From assembly GCA_024679065.1 (NCBI GenBank), contig JAGIQG010000017.1, forward strand, positions 32,116,001 to 32,180,000: a DNA stretch of 64,000 bases, read 5' to 3'. Under the pieces are notes generated by a model, which was given only the letters and a program-made list of their open reading frames with translations, was not told where the DNA came from and searched no databases. Every line of letters begins with the position of its first letter. Positions within the stretch are counted from its first letter, which is position 1. This document shows positions 1 to 12,900 of the stretch, in pieces. The DNA comes from Sphyrna mokarran (Eukaryota). The translations under genes were made by a program, and so were the position numbers.

Positions 1-374
1 TGTCCTCCTTTGCTGAATATTGAACTTCTCCCAGTCTTCTAGCTTGCTACTTTTTTGAGCAATGTTATATGGCTCCTCTTTGGATTTAACATAATACTAA
101 TTTCTTTTATAAGCCATGGTTGGGCCACTTTTTGTTTTTTGCCCCAGAAAAGAATATATAGAAAGACAATTAGATGAATATTTTGCCCCTGTGTTTGCAG
201 TAGATTCCATAATGATGGGGTTCAACTTGAGAGTATTAACACTGTTGTCTGTAGCGTAACTTTCGATATTTCCCATTCACTCATGCCCTTGTACTTGATG
301 TCCTGTATTGGGTTCAGTTAAACAACACCTTATTTTAAAATTCTTCTCCTTGTTTTTAAATTTTTCCATATCCT

Positions 375-610
375 TGCCCATCCCAATCTCCGTAATTTTC
401 TTAACCCTACAATCTTTTGTGATAACGATATACTCTGATTTTAGGTGCAGCACTAATGATGGCTGTGCCTTTAGCTGTCAAGCCATATCTCTGGGCTCCT
501 CCACACCACACCCCTCTTTCCTCCTTCAAGACACTCCTGAAAACCTGCCTTTTTATCTGCCCTTATATTTCCATATGTGGCTCAAAAGTTTTGTTTGATG
601 ACACTGTTTT
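375..610 (+). mobile_element. L2-like LINE 3' remnant
   Basis: DGCAFS..., LW and SSFKTLLKTCLF words, typical of the L2 ORF2 C-terminus. Confidence 0.55.
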
Positions 611-3164
611 AAAGTGGATTTATTTGTTAAAGATACTCTATAATATGTTGTTCTTGCAACAATAATGACTTGTATTTGAGCCCAGTGATTATTGATAGTG
701 CAGAAATAATCTGTTAGAGTACAAGTTGACAAGTTAAAACTTTCCATTATATGCTCCTACGATCTGAGCACAGATAATGTTTAAATTGTATAATTGTACT
801 TTTTTATAGAAAGCATAGAATTTTAGGTGACATAGTGTAGGCGGATTCTACAAAAAGAATTAGTAGTACATAAAGTTTTATTTTTGGCTGAACATGCAGC
901 ATGCTTATAAACCAAATTGGTGAATGAGCAATTGGTAATTGTCATTGATGGTATTTTAAAACACTGCTGCGCTGGCAATGATGCAGGGACAGCCTCTGTC
1001 ACAGAGCTTTGTACAAGTCATTCCTCAATCAGAAGGGCAGGGAAATATTCTTCAAACTTTTAATAGTATATGTGGCCTTTAGAAAGAATCAACAGCTGGG
1101 ATGCATTCATTCCATACATCTTTGTGTAGTTAACATCACAGACTAGTTGAATCTACAGAATTTGTGTCTCATTCTCTGCATGTCATTACGCAGCTCCTGC
1201 ATCCACTCTTGAGTGATGACACATATATATTTCTACTGATTTACAAAGAAGCTCATGCAAAGAGGTCAAAAGCTTGACCGAGCAGAGCAAATTTAGTCAA
1301 TGGATTTCTCCATTCTGTGCTCATGACCTGCACTAAGGGAACTCTTAGATGTGGACAGATATCTCTCACTGCTGGAACTCAGTTATTGACTCAAGGTTTT
1401 GCAATCCTGTCCAACTCTGCATGATGTTTCAAGAAGGCAGCTCACCACCATTTTTTCAAGGGCAACAAAGGATGGGCATAAGTATTAACCACCCAGTAAT
1501 GCCCATGTCCCACGAATGAATGAAAAAAAAAACAATTGTGGCATTTGAACCGTGCCCTTCTCACAGTGACACAGCTTCTTACAGCAGCAATCACCTCCAA
1601 CCATGTCTCCTTTGTTTGGTTGGATGGCCTTCTGCTTTTAGAGAAAAGTATGCTTCTTTGGCCTCCAAAAATGACTTAGGGAGGCATCAGAAAAACAGGA
1701 GTATCTTCACGAGTGCCTGCTGGCCCACAGTCTACTTTATCTTCTACCTGTTAATGAAATGGCAAGCACCATAGTGGCAGCTATTTGTTCTTTAAATCGG
1801 GCCTATTCTTGGGAACTACTGGCTCCTCATGCTGCTACTATCAGTTCAACAGCCATTTTGTAGTCTTTTTTAGTAAAATCACATTATATATCCAGTTTGA
1901 AGCCATGAGAGGCTGTGTTCCACAAGTTCTCCCAACCCAGAATGAAAATCCAGCTCTATATTTCTACATGTGCAGAGTGTGGATGCCAGCTAGACTGCTT
2001 GGCAATTAATATTTCAAGCTCACAACTCTTGCTGTGGATTTCTTCCACGTTAAATTGAAATCTCTAAGACGAGTGGTATTCTGCTAGGAGCATTGCAACA
2101 TGATTGTACTTACACGTCTATTTCAAGGATATTCTGTCCGATCCAGATATTTCAGCTCAATGTATATTTATTCACCTTTGTTCTGTAGCAGAAATTCAAT
2201 ATTGCAAATCTTACTGCTTTTGAAAATCATTTTCCAATTTTATTCAAAATTGAAGAATCTTGCAGCCTTTCCATTTGTGGATGACTTTTTCTTAGTTTTG
2301 CCTAGATCTCTATCCTGCTTGCTGTTTCTTAATCATATATTCGGAATTTTCTGTCATGTTGAGTGGTGACCTATCTGACATTTGCATACTTCACTTTGCC
2401 TGAACGTGCTGAGTGGAATTGAGATGAGTAGAAATCAAAAAATGTTTGGAATAACAAAGAAAATGCTATATTCTCAGATGTAAGGTTAGAGATTCTTGAT
2501 CATCATCTTGTATAGCCTCTGAATGTTGTGCTTCATTTGCATAATTGAAGAATAACACAGGAATAGCTTGTGTGCCTCCAACTTGAACTTTGTGCAAACA
2601 GAATGTAATGTTCTGTAAAATTGCTATTCTTAATGCCACGTAGCTAGATAGTTTTTGACACGCACAGCATGTTATATTAATAGTAATTTGTAATTTAAAA
2701 GTAGATAGTAGAAAGAATACTATTTAAGTTTATGCTTTGTAAGCTGAATTAAGATTTTTTTGCACAAATTATTGCATCAGATAAAAAAAGGTTTTCTTTT
2801 AGCTGAAATGTTAGTTAACAAAATTCTGTTTCCATAATAGATAATTGAAATTAATAGATTGATGCAGCAATTGTTAAAGTCACCAACAAAGGAACACTTT
2901 GGTCTGTTCTCAATTTTTCGGGATCAAACTTTAAAGCATGCTTGTAAAGCATTGTGTTACAAATCATATTCAGATAGGTTGTTTTTGGCTGGCAGATCAA
3001 CTTGCTTTACAGCTTCTGTCTTGTAGGATATACATGCTTGATTGTTTGCAATTTTTTTGAATTTTTTATTTCAGTTATACAAATTCCTGATTGCATTACA
3101 GATTGTTAACTTCAAAGGTACAACACTGTTTAACTCTGTATGTAGATATAGTATGACTTGTATA

Positions 3165-3720
3165 GAAATGGGTGGTTTCTGCATCATACCCTTCACCCTT
3201 AACCCATGTCCTCCAATTTTATCGTCCTCTAGCCTCAGTGGAAAAAACCTGCTTGCATTCACTCTATATCCCTCATAATTTTATACACTTCTATCAAATC
3301 TCCCCTCATTCTTCTGTGCTCTAGGGAATAAAGTCCTAACCCAATCAACCTTTCTCTGTAACTCAGTTTCTTAAGTACCGGCATCAAGTACCGGTAAATC
3401 TCCTCTGTACTCTTTCAACCTTATTAATATCCTTCCTCTAGTTAGGTGACGAAAACTGCACACAATATTCTAAATTCAGCCTCACCAATGTCTTATACAA
3501 CCTCACCATAATATTCCAACTCTTATACTTAATACTTTGATTTATATAAGCCAATGTACCAAAAGCACCCTTTGTAACTCTATCTATCTGTGACGCCACT
3601 TTTAGAGAATTATATATCTATATTCCCAGATCCCTCTGTTTGCCTGCACTCTTCAGTGTCCTACCATTTACCTTGCATGTTCTACCTTAGTTTGTCCTTC
3701 CAAAGTGCAATACGTCACTT
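3165..3720 (-). mobile_element. CR1 LINE 3' fragment
   Basis: GGHGLRVKG plus cccctcattcttct and actgcacacaatattc, typical CR1 antisense words. Confidence 0.8.
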
Positions 3721-4362
3721 GTGAAGGTGCAAAAGATCAAGGCAATTCAAATGCAATTTGTGTTTAAAATTCTGTGATCTTTTGAATTGGTGTGGTCAAC
3801 AAATCATGCCAAAAAAAAAACACAACCACGCGGAGTTTCCTGGTCAGTGCCTTTACACTTAGCCTACCATATAATCAAAATGACTTATTAACTGTTGTCA
3901 AGGATTTTCACATCATGCTAATGCAATACTCAGTCAAATTTGAGTTATTCATTTGTACAAATCAGTACTTTCTCACAGGCCACTGAACCAGACCCATCTA
4001 TAGGTTCTGTAAAAATAAATCCAATAAAGTATGAAATTTAAAAATGGCAGTATTTTCATCTTGATTGTTCAATGTATTTTCTTGTACGTGCACAGATCAA
4101 TAATCCCACCCCCCACAGTAAAAAAAATTCCTTACAATTTTTGCATGTTTTCCCAACCTGAATTGTGCCTGCAATCATGCAACCAACTTTGTTGTTTGTT
4201 TCTTGCTGTGCATTTTTGCTCATTCATTTCTTTCCTTGGGATCTTATTTGTCTTGATCAGTTTCCTTTTGCCTCCCAGTATCTTGCCTAACTCTTCAAGA
4301 CTGAATTTAACTTGGGAGAATTCAGAATAAGCAGGATGCAAGCTGCAGAACACTTCCCCGCA

Positions 4363-4386
4363 CCCCCCCCCCCCCCCCCCCCCCCC
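4363..4386 (+). repeat. Poly-C tract (24 nt)
   Basis: Direct read of the sequence. Confidence 0.95.
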
Positions 4387-4711
4387 AAACACATTGCAAA
4401 GTCCTGAATATTTTAATTCATGGGCCTTATTTCACCCACCAAAGTCACAAGGATTGAAATCTGAACCAGCAAATGGAAGTTGAAAATGAGTCAGGAAGCA
4501 AATGAGTCCAGCAACATTAAAACAAAACTCACTGGTGCTTTTTTTTTTGGCACCATGCTGATGGTTGCAAGCATTTGATGGCACTTCAGCACCAGGTTGG
4601 CTACCCAATGTTGCTAAAATCTATTTTATATTACCTATCATGTTTCAGTTTATCAGCACCATTGATAATACCCAGATTTCATGATGGAATAGGCAACTTC
4701 ATATTACTGTT

Positions 4712-5160
4712 TAAAAGTTTAAAGGGAATATTGTGGGGGGCTTCTTCACACAGAGAGTGGTGGGAGTGTGAAATGAGCTGCCAGATGAAGTGATAAATGT
4801 GGATTTACTTTTAAGAAAAACTTGGACAGGTACATGGGTATAGGTAGAGTGAATGCAAGCAGGCTTTTTCCACTGAGACTAGGGGAGAAAAAAACTAGAG
4901 GACATGGGTTAAGAGAGAATGGGGAAGTTTAAAGGGAATATTAGGGTTTTTTTTTCATACAGAGAGTGGTGGGAGTGTGGAATGAACAGGCAGATAAAGT
5001 GGTAAATGTGGACTCACTTTTAACATTTAAGAAAAACTTGGTGAGGAGGCGGGTGGGGAGGTGCAGGTCAGTGGGATTAGGTGGAAAAATGGTTCGGTAC
5101 AGCCAAGAAGAGCCAAAAGACCTGTTTCTGTGCTGTAATGTTCTAATGTTCTATGGTTCT
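4712..5160 (+). mobile_element. CR1 3' end with an internal tandem duplication of about 210 bp
   Basis: aagtttaaagggaatatt...cagagagtggtgggagtgtg...taagaaaaacttgg occurs twice (about 4715 and 4925). ttctaatgttctatggttcta tail. Confidence 0.75.
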
Positions 5161-6631
5161 AAATGCAGCAATAGAAGTTACATTTGACCACAAAATTAGC
5201 CACATCTAGTTTGTAGACCTTTGACAAAGCTCTTACAGTTAAGCTAATGATTTGTTGTTAATTGTTTATACTATAGCCATAGTGGAACCATTGACATTGT
5301 TTTGTACCTTTTCTGGGTTTCTTCAAGCCTCCCTCAGTTCACTTGAATATCTGTTTTTACTTTTTCCTTTTCTGTTTTTACCCTTAATATCTTCTTCAAT
5401 TGCTGCTAGAACATAGATGTGATTTCTTTGTTTTCAATGTCTATATTTGGTTGTCTTTCTTTCAACATCTCTACTTAGTAATCCTTTTGATTCCTCAACT
5501 CGTGAATTTGGATGGAAGGGTTGAACAGTGGGGAGGAGAAGTTCAGCATGGGGGTAATTGTTTGATCTGCAATGTTTTCTTTTGGGAAAAAAAAGGAAAC
5601 ACCCAATTTTTCACAGGCTTTACTTGCAGTAGCAAACAATCCTGATTAAGCCACAATCGCCAACAGGAAAAAAAGAGTGAGGATTCAAAGGGGCTTCACA
5701 ACTGTTAATATTTAGTTTGAACTCGAGGGCTGCCATTGCTGGATTGGAGCTCAGATTCTGCCACCTTGTCTCATGGCACCACCAGGGGTCATAACCCACA
5801 GTTTAAGAAGCCCTGCTGTAGCTGTTCCTTTGCTCTGGCTATGAGAGCATTGTCACATACATATCTAAGATTCCATATGCTGCAACCTTCTATGATGTAG
5901 CCACATTTCTCTGGCTAACCCTTCCTGCACCCGTTCTTATTATCATTTCTCCCACAGCATTGAGAAGCATGGTTGACAGAAGATACCCTCCTTGACTCTG
6001 TTCTTAAATTGGAATTGGTTTGTTGTTGGGTGCAAGTAGGAAGTTATAGAAACTTCTGGAATATAAATTATTTTTAATTTACTGAGAAACTGACTAGTTG
6101 GCACCAATAAAATTAGCAAATATGTAGTTTTTGGAGTCATTTTCAGTTATCTAAAATCAAGTTACTCACTGGTGATGGAATACACACTCTAATTTGAATA
6201 TTGGGCAGAATTCTCCCTGAAAAATTTTAAGTATTGAATTTGTGGAAAAATGAGGGTAATTCACACAGCTTTTTTCAGTGGGAGTTCACACTAGAATCTG
6301 TGCAGAGGCCACCAGTGTGAATATTATTAGATTTCTGTGGCAGGGCCAATTCCTGACCTGGAGGCTAAAACCAACAATTTAAAAATATTTTAATGCTAGC
6401 CCTGCCTCCCCACCAGTTTCTGGTGTGGAGCAGACTGTGCTGAAAATCCAGTGCTGGGAAATGCTAGCAAGACAGAAATAGGAATCCTGCAAATCACCCT
6501 ACCATGATTCTCCCGGTCTGCTGTGCTAAAAAAATGATGGGGTGGGAAAATCGCCCCCATTATTTCTCTGCTTATGGCCATTCATGAACTTCTATGTTGT
6601 TATGAGTATTGATGTTTTCCACCTTCCTGTG

Positions 6632-6905
6632 TTTGATTTATTATTGTCACATGTATTGGTATATTGTAAAAGGTATTGTTTCTTGCGCACAACATAAAGC
6701 ATACTGTTCGTAGAAAAGGAAAGGAGAGAGTACAGAATGTAACGTTACAGGCATAGCTAGGTGTAGAGAAAGATCAACTTAATGTGAGGTAGGTCCATTC
6801 AGTGGTCTGATGGCAGCAGAGAAGAAGCTGTTCTTAAGTCAGTTGGTACACGTCCTCAGACTTTTGTAGCTTTTTCCTGATGGAAGAAGATGGAAGAGAG
6901 CATGT
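6632..6905 (-). mobile_element. Rex1/Babar LINE 3' end
   Basis: Antisense of the R..LKNSFF.AAIR C-terminus and the (aatca)n tail. Homologous to 47335-47587 and 9650-9792. Confidence 0.7.
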
Positions 6906-8098
6906 CAGGGATATTAAAGATGAGCAGATGGTGGGATTCTTGGCCAGAATGAATTCAGTCAGTAAAGGTTGAGTTCATGGTCGTTTTCCTTTGAGCATTT
7001 GATGAAGTCTGCATTAAAATTTAACATTTTTATCATGAAATCTTCACGGAGATCCTAAGTAGCATTGACTCACAGAAGTAATAGATTTATGTTTGCGTTA
7101 TATCAAGTTTTACCATGAAAATCGGAACAAAAAACTTCTTGGTTTTGTTTATATTTTGAGATTCCATTATATTTTGAGCATTGTATTGTGCTGATAGAGT
7201 CAAACAATTGAATGGTATGTTACTCTTCCAGTAAAATTTCCTTTTATAAAGTTATGTCTTGATTGAGGTCCGTTTTGATTGCAGTCACAACACAGTTAAA
7301 CTGCATACTGTATTGTCCCTTCCCTGATCTCATTTATCCTTTCATTCTCCCATCACTGATCTTTTATCACACTAATTTTTCTCCCAGATTTTCTTCTATT
7401 CTCCCTTTACTCATCCCTGTACTCATCCCTTTCGTGAGATCCAAGTGCTGATTTCTCAATCCAACACCTGACTACTAGTTCACTCTCCTACTTCATGTTT
7501 GTTGACATTTTTCCATAAGCGGTATTAAAACCACCGTATATTTCTGCTCAAACTCTCCTCATTCAACCATCACCTTCATCTGTAAATTTATTTTCATTTC
7601 TTAAGATTTTTGGGCATCTTGGAGCCTCCTAGCTCCATGCTCATGTCTAAATGCTCCCCTTGAATCTGGCTTAGCACGTCAAGACCCTGCTAACTAAAAT
7701 CACAAATTATATGTGATGTTATCATTGTGCCTTCTCGTTTTCCTTAATCTTTTTGCAGTGGTCAGTTTTCCAAACTATCCAACCAGCCTCAGCATACCCT
7801 TTTTAATGTTTTCTTCTAAAGAGCATTGAATGTTTTTCTTACTTAAAATGCTGCAGAATGCAAATAGTTGTCAAGTAGATTTAAATATAAAATTTTTCCC
7901 ACTGATTCTATTGTGAATAAGGAAATAGAATGATTCTTAAATAATGCAAACTGTAATTGCAGACTATTGCTTGGTGAGTTTATAATCTTGAAAGATCATT
8001 CCAAGCATATAAAATAATAATACTGAAGTATGAAACAATACATGTTTAGTTATTGAACACTTGTCATATATACGTCATGTAAAATTAACCATTGTTGG

Positions 8099-8368
8099 CA
8101 TACTTTGACATGATGTAAAGATGCCGGCGTTGGATTGGAGTGGTAAGAACTCAGTAAGAATTTAGCAACACCAATTATTAATCCAACCGATTTATTTGAT
8201 AGTAAAAAAGCGAGCTTTCAACACTCCCGTGTCTTCATCAGGCAAGTCACTGCACTTGCCTGATGAAGACACGGGAGTGTTGAAAGCTCGCTTTTTTACT
8301 ATCAAATAAATCGGTTGGATTAATAATTGGTGTTGCTAAATTCTTACTGAGTTCATACTTTGACATGA
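8099..8368. mobile_element. Fold-back (palindromic) PLE-type element with a hammerhead motif in each arm and a 15-bp TSD
   Basis: Perfect inverted arms 8147-8247 and 8254-8354 around a 6-nt loop. Direct repeat catactttgacatga at 8099-8113 and 8354-8368. Unpaired tail tgtaaagatgccggcgttggattggagtggtaa on the left. Confidence 0.9.
8258..8291 (+). ncRNA. Minimal hammerhead ribozyme motif (mirror copy on the minus strand at 8210-8243)
   Basis: GC-CUGAUGA-A-GACAC-GGGA-GUGUU-GAAA-GCUC-GC: intact core, 5-bp stem II with a GNRA loop, palindromic AGCU mini stem III. Predicted cleavage after C8289. Stem I is only 2 bp. Confidence 0.65.
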
Positions 8369-8816
8369 CAGGAATATCATTTTAGTGTGATATTTTCTGG
8401 TGTTATCAAAATAATCACAGTAAATTAGTGTCATTATTAGAATAGATAAGTTCTATACCAGTTCTTTATTAGTATCTGGGGAAGGTTAGATTTACGGGTG
8501 GTGATTTGAATTTTTAAGCTTTAAGTTTTCATATCCTCTCATCATTCTGAGGTAATACATTTTACCTACTTTAGGATCCATAAATTTGATACTTAATGGT
8601 GCATTATGGATTGTTCTAGTTTGCTATGAATTGGAAATAGATAATTCAGTGTATTCTGAGTTGTGTTTAATGAGAGACCTAAAGACAATCGGCTCAAGCC
8701 AATGGTAGAACCATAGAATGGATTCACGGAACGGCTACAGCCAGTGCTGGTCCTCTGAAGGACTTTTCCCTTTGCAATACCTTTCCTTTTCAGATAATGA
8801 TCCAATTCTCTTATCA

Positions 8817-9198
8817 CGCAAACTCAATTTACAAAATAATGGTTTGAAATGTGAGTCTTTACAGGTAATCAAGTCTTAAAAAAATACAGACAGTGTGAGT
8901 GGAGAGAGGGTTAATCTCAGGTTAAAGAGATGTACATTGTCCCCAGCCATTCTGAAGACAATAAACTAAAAGAGACAATAAAATAAAATAACGACCTGCA
9001 TTCCAGCCATTATTTTGTACACTGAGATTGCATTTTTATATGCCCTGTTTGTGAACAGAACTCCCACTTACCTGATGAAGGAGCAGTGTTCCAAAAGCTA
9101 GTGGCTTATGCTACCAAATAAACCTGTTGGACTTTAAACTGGTGTTGTGAGACTTCTTACTATGTTTACTCCGGTCCAATGCCGACATCTCCACATCA
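8817..9198 (+). mobile_element. PLE-type terminal fragment with inverted 5' part and decayed hammerhead
   Basis: 8817-8858 is the approximate reverse complement of 8993-9033. Core CTGATGA-A-GGAGC-AGT-GTTCC-AAAA-GCTA-GTG at 9072-9103 has G12 changed to A. The 3' tail ccggtccaatgccgacatctccacatca is related to the tail of the 8.1-kb element. Confidence 0.75.
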
Positions 9199-10194
9199 TG
9201 GCCAAGTAACAGTCAGCCAGTATGAATCCTGGCTGGACATGGATCCTGCGCCGACAGTGGGGTTGGAGCTTGGGTAGGTGTATGGTTAACTCGTGACATT
9301 GGAAGAAAATAAAAAGAGGTCAGGCAACTGGAAAAAAGGTGCTCGGAGTTGGAAGGATGGAACATGGAGCTAGTCAAAGCACCTATGAAAAGTGGACCTT
9401 AAAATGGCCTCTGCACCAGGTGAGAAAGGCAGGCCTGCCAGTTTAGATGAACATTCAGCCCCTTGCTTCACCGACGACAGTCTGCAGCTGTGCCACAGGC
9501 AGGGAGTGCCTAATATGATGTTCTAATGCAATACAATGGAAAGAGGGCATGGACTGCAGTTACGTACAAAGCATCATACCTGCTCATCAGTGCAGCCATC
9601 GCAGTTGATGCACTTTATATGAAGTTGACGTTTCTCTTCATCCTAACAATGACTGCCACACTTCATTCTGCACCCTCACCTTTTCTTCTTTCCTATGTAC
9701 TCAGTGAATGATATGCTTTGTCTGTATAGCATCCAAGGAACAATAGTTTTCACTGTATACCAATACATGTGACAATAATAAATCAAATCAAATTAAAAGA
9801 TACCCAGCTGCCTTTGTACATCACCATTTCCTAATCTATCAATTAAACATTATATTTTCACGTTTCACTGCATCGGCCATATATTTTCCCACTCTCACAA
9901 TTGTCTAAATCACCTTGAAGCTTCCTTACATTCCCCTCAACACTCACATTCTCAACTGTCTTATGTTGTCAGCCAACTTGAAAGTCATACATCTCTCCCT
10001 GACTGCAAATGATTGATACATAATGTATAGCTGCAGCCCAAGCACTGATCCCTGTGCTTCCCCACTCGTCACCACCTGTCACTCTGGAAAAGACCCGTAT
10101 ATTCCTACACTCTATTTCCTGTTTACGAACCAATTCTCAACCCATGCTGGTATATTACCCCCAATCCAATCTTTCTGAAGTCTTCCTGGAATAC

Positions 10195-12900
10195 TTTAGG
10201 ATACTTCCTAATGACTTTGCATAAAATGTCAATACCCAATTTAAAGACCTAAGGCCAACCAGGTGAATTTTCTGTAATCAGTCCCTTCCCAAACAGTTGG
10301 GCCTGGGTCCTTACACCATTGTTAGGGAAGATAGATTTTCTGTTGCATAATTAAGGTTGCAATTTTCCTAATAATACGTATGGGCCCACCAGTATATGTG
10401 GCCAATCTAGTTTGGATGCTATGGGCTTAAAGGCAAGATGCCCAATTGGAGTCAGCTAAAATTTTACTCCCGAGTAGTAGATACAGTGACTCTTGTATCT
10501 ATCTTCATATCTTGGGATTGACTATTTATCTGGAATTTAATTTTGATTGGAGCCAATTTGCATTTCTTCGAAAATGTGACTGAACACATTGACGAAGGAA
10601 GAGCGGTGGACGTAATGTACATGGACTTTAGCAAGGCGTTTGATAAGGTCCCCCATGCAAGGCTTCTGGAGAAGGTGAGAGGGCATGAGATCCAAGGGGC
10701 TTTGGCCTCATGGATCCAGAACTGGCTTGCCGGCAGAAGGCAGAGAGTGGTTGTGGATGGGTCTTGTTCTGCATGGAGGTCGGTAACCAGTGGAGTGCCT
10801 CAGGGATCTGTTCTGGGACCCCTGCTGTTTGTCATTTTCATAAATGACCTGGATGAGGAAGTGGAGGGATGGGTTAGGAAGTTCGCTGACGATACAAAGA
10901 TTGGTGGTGTTGTGGATGGTCTAGAGGGATGCCAAAAGTTGCAGCGGGACATAGACAGGATGCAAGACTGGGCGGAGAAGTGGCAGATGGACTTCAACGC
11001 AGATAAATGTGTATTGGTCCATTTTGGCAGGAATAATGGGATGAAGGAGTACAATATAAGGGGTAGGAGTCTTAGCTGTGTTGTAGAGCAGAAGAATCTC
11101 AGGGTCCGGGTCCATAGGACTCTTAAATCGGCCTCACAGGTGGAGGAAGTGGTCAAGAAGGTGTACGGTGTACTGGCCTTTATTAATCGAGGAATAGAGT
11201 TTAGGAGTCAGGAGGTAATGATGCAGTTCTATAAGACTCTTGTCAGACCCCAGTTGGAGTATTGTGCGCAGTTCTGGTCGCCTCACTATAGGAAGGATGT
11301 AGAGGCTATTGAGAGTGCAGAGGAGATTTACAAGGATGCTGCCTGGATTGGGAGGCAGGCCTTATGAAGATAGGTTGAGGGAGCTGGGACTCTTCTCACT
11401 GGAGAGACATAGGTTGAGAGGAGACCTGATAGAGGTTTATAAAATGTTGAGAGGAATAGATAGGGTGGACTCTCAGAGACTATTTCCCCGAGCTGAAATG
11501 GTCACTACGAGAGGACACAGATTTAAGGTGCAGGAAAGCAAATACAGAGATGTTAGGGGTGAGTTTTTCACTCAGAGGGTGGTGAGTGAATGGAATCGGC
11601 TGCCGTCAGAGATTGTTGAGGCAAACTCGCAGGGGTCTTTTAAAAGACTTCTGGATAAATATATGGAAACGAATAGGATAGGGGGTTATAGATAGGTCTG
11701 TGGATTGGTAGATGTGATCAGCGCAACTCGTGGGCTGAAGAGCCTGTTTGTGCTGTATTGTTCTATGTTCTATGCATATAATTTAGCTGTATCAATTCGT
11801 CATTCTCGAGCTGGTTTACCTGTAAGGCCCCCTGTTCAAAGGTGGCTTGTTTCTTTGGCCTGTGCGGACACACTTTGCCTTTCCTGGTAGCCTTATCTCG
11901 GGCAGACCCTATGACTACAATTGCAGCATGGATATGCTCTCTCCTCACTAAATTGTGAGGAGACTTCTCGTCTAGTTCTGGAATCTTGCAGCCTTCAACT
12001 CCAATTTCCCTTTTTGGCAGCAAATGGAAAATGCAAGGGCTATCTGCTGGGGACTTGTTTCTGTTGTATGCAGGTTGTCCAAGGCTGAGGATAGTACCAT
12101 CTATGGACCCATGAAGCTTCTGGACTTTTTCCATCTTTTCACAAGAAAAAGCTAATTGTATGGCTTTTTTGAGGTGCAGAGTTGACTCAGCCAGCAGATT
12201 TTTTTGGGTTGCAATATTATCAATTTCAGAGACCAAATGATCCTATAACATTTCCTGAAGTGTTGACCTGTACTCAATGTTACACCAATTTCCATTGTCG
12301 CATAAGAATTCAGTGACCATTCCCCAGGAAGTCTATTTGGCGTATTAAACCTGTAACTTTGCTGTATAACAGTTTAAGGTTGTAGTGGTCCAATACCATA
12401 TCTACCAATTTGTCAAAAGATTTTGAATCCAAGGCTGCCAGGAAGGTTAAATGCTTTATGATGTTGAAAGCTGGGGCCTCTCAGACGGTCAGGGGAATGA
12501 CGTTTTGCTAGTCATCCCCTTCTATTCTGCTTGCCCAGAAGAAATATCTCATTCTTTTGTCATACTGGGGCCAATCCTCGCACCCACATCGTAAGTTTCT
12601 AGTATCCCAAACAGCAACATTTTCAAAATCTTCCATCACTGTCTTGAAAGGCAAGGCAAGATTATCCAAAATTTTTTTTGTTCCTGGTCGCCAATTGACT
12701 CAAGAAGCTTGACTGGAAAGGTGCATTGTTTATTATAGAATGCAAATTAAAACTTTGTATACACATACTTGTCCCTTCCTGGGACTACAGTTCAGCATGA
12801 CAGGGCCAGCCTTATAAAAGGTCCACATAATGATGTTCAGCTGGCAGTCTAACGTCTGTTTACCAGGGGAATTTGTCCATCAAATAGTGATCCCCATGGA
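10195..12900 (-). mobile_element. Degraded Gypsy LTR retrotransposon (PBS, gag, protease) interrupted by the CR1 insertion
   Basis: Minus strand has TCAat TGGCGACCAGG at 12683-12693 (tRNA-Ser-type PBS, 1 mismatch). Gag-like KSFDKLVDMVLDHY and QKNLLAESTLHLKKAIQLA. Protease-region MKIDTRVTVS, LATYTG and GRD*LQKIHL at about 10260-10510. Confidence 0.75.
10561..11774 (+). mobile_element. 5'-truncated, young CR1-clade LINE (RT C-terminal half plus tail)
   Basis: YMDFSKAFDKVPH, GVPQGSVLGPLLF, KFADD, RVQRRFTRM, TRGH and FFTQRVVSEWN motifs. One frameshift near 11310. (TTCTATG)n tail. Confidence 0.95.

Noticed and set aside
4132-4392. Poly-Gly ORF
   Set aside because: It is just the translation of the poly-C tract.
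4584-4604. REST/RE1-like ttcagcacc
   Set aside because: The right half-site (GGACAG) is absent.
10543-11695. Long RT ORFs as a host gene or active retroelement
   Set aside because: This is a 5'-truncated, frameshifted CR1 copy lacking the endonuclease and ORF1.
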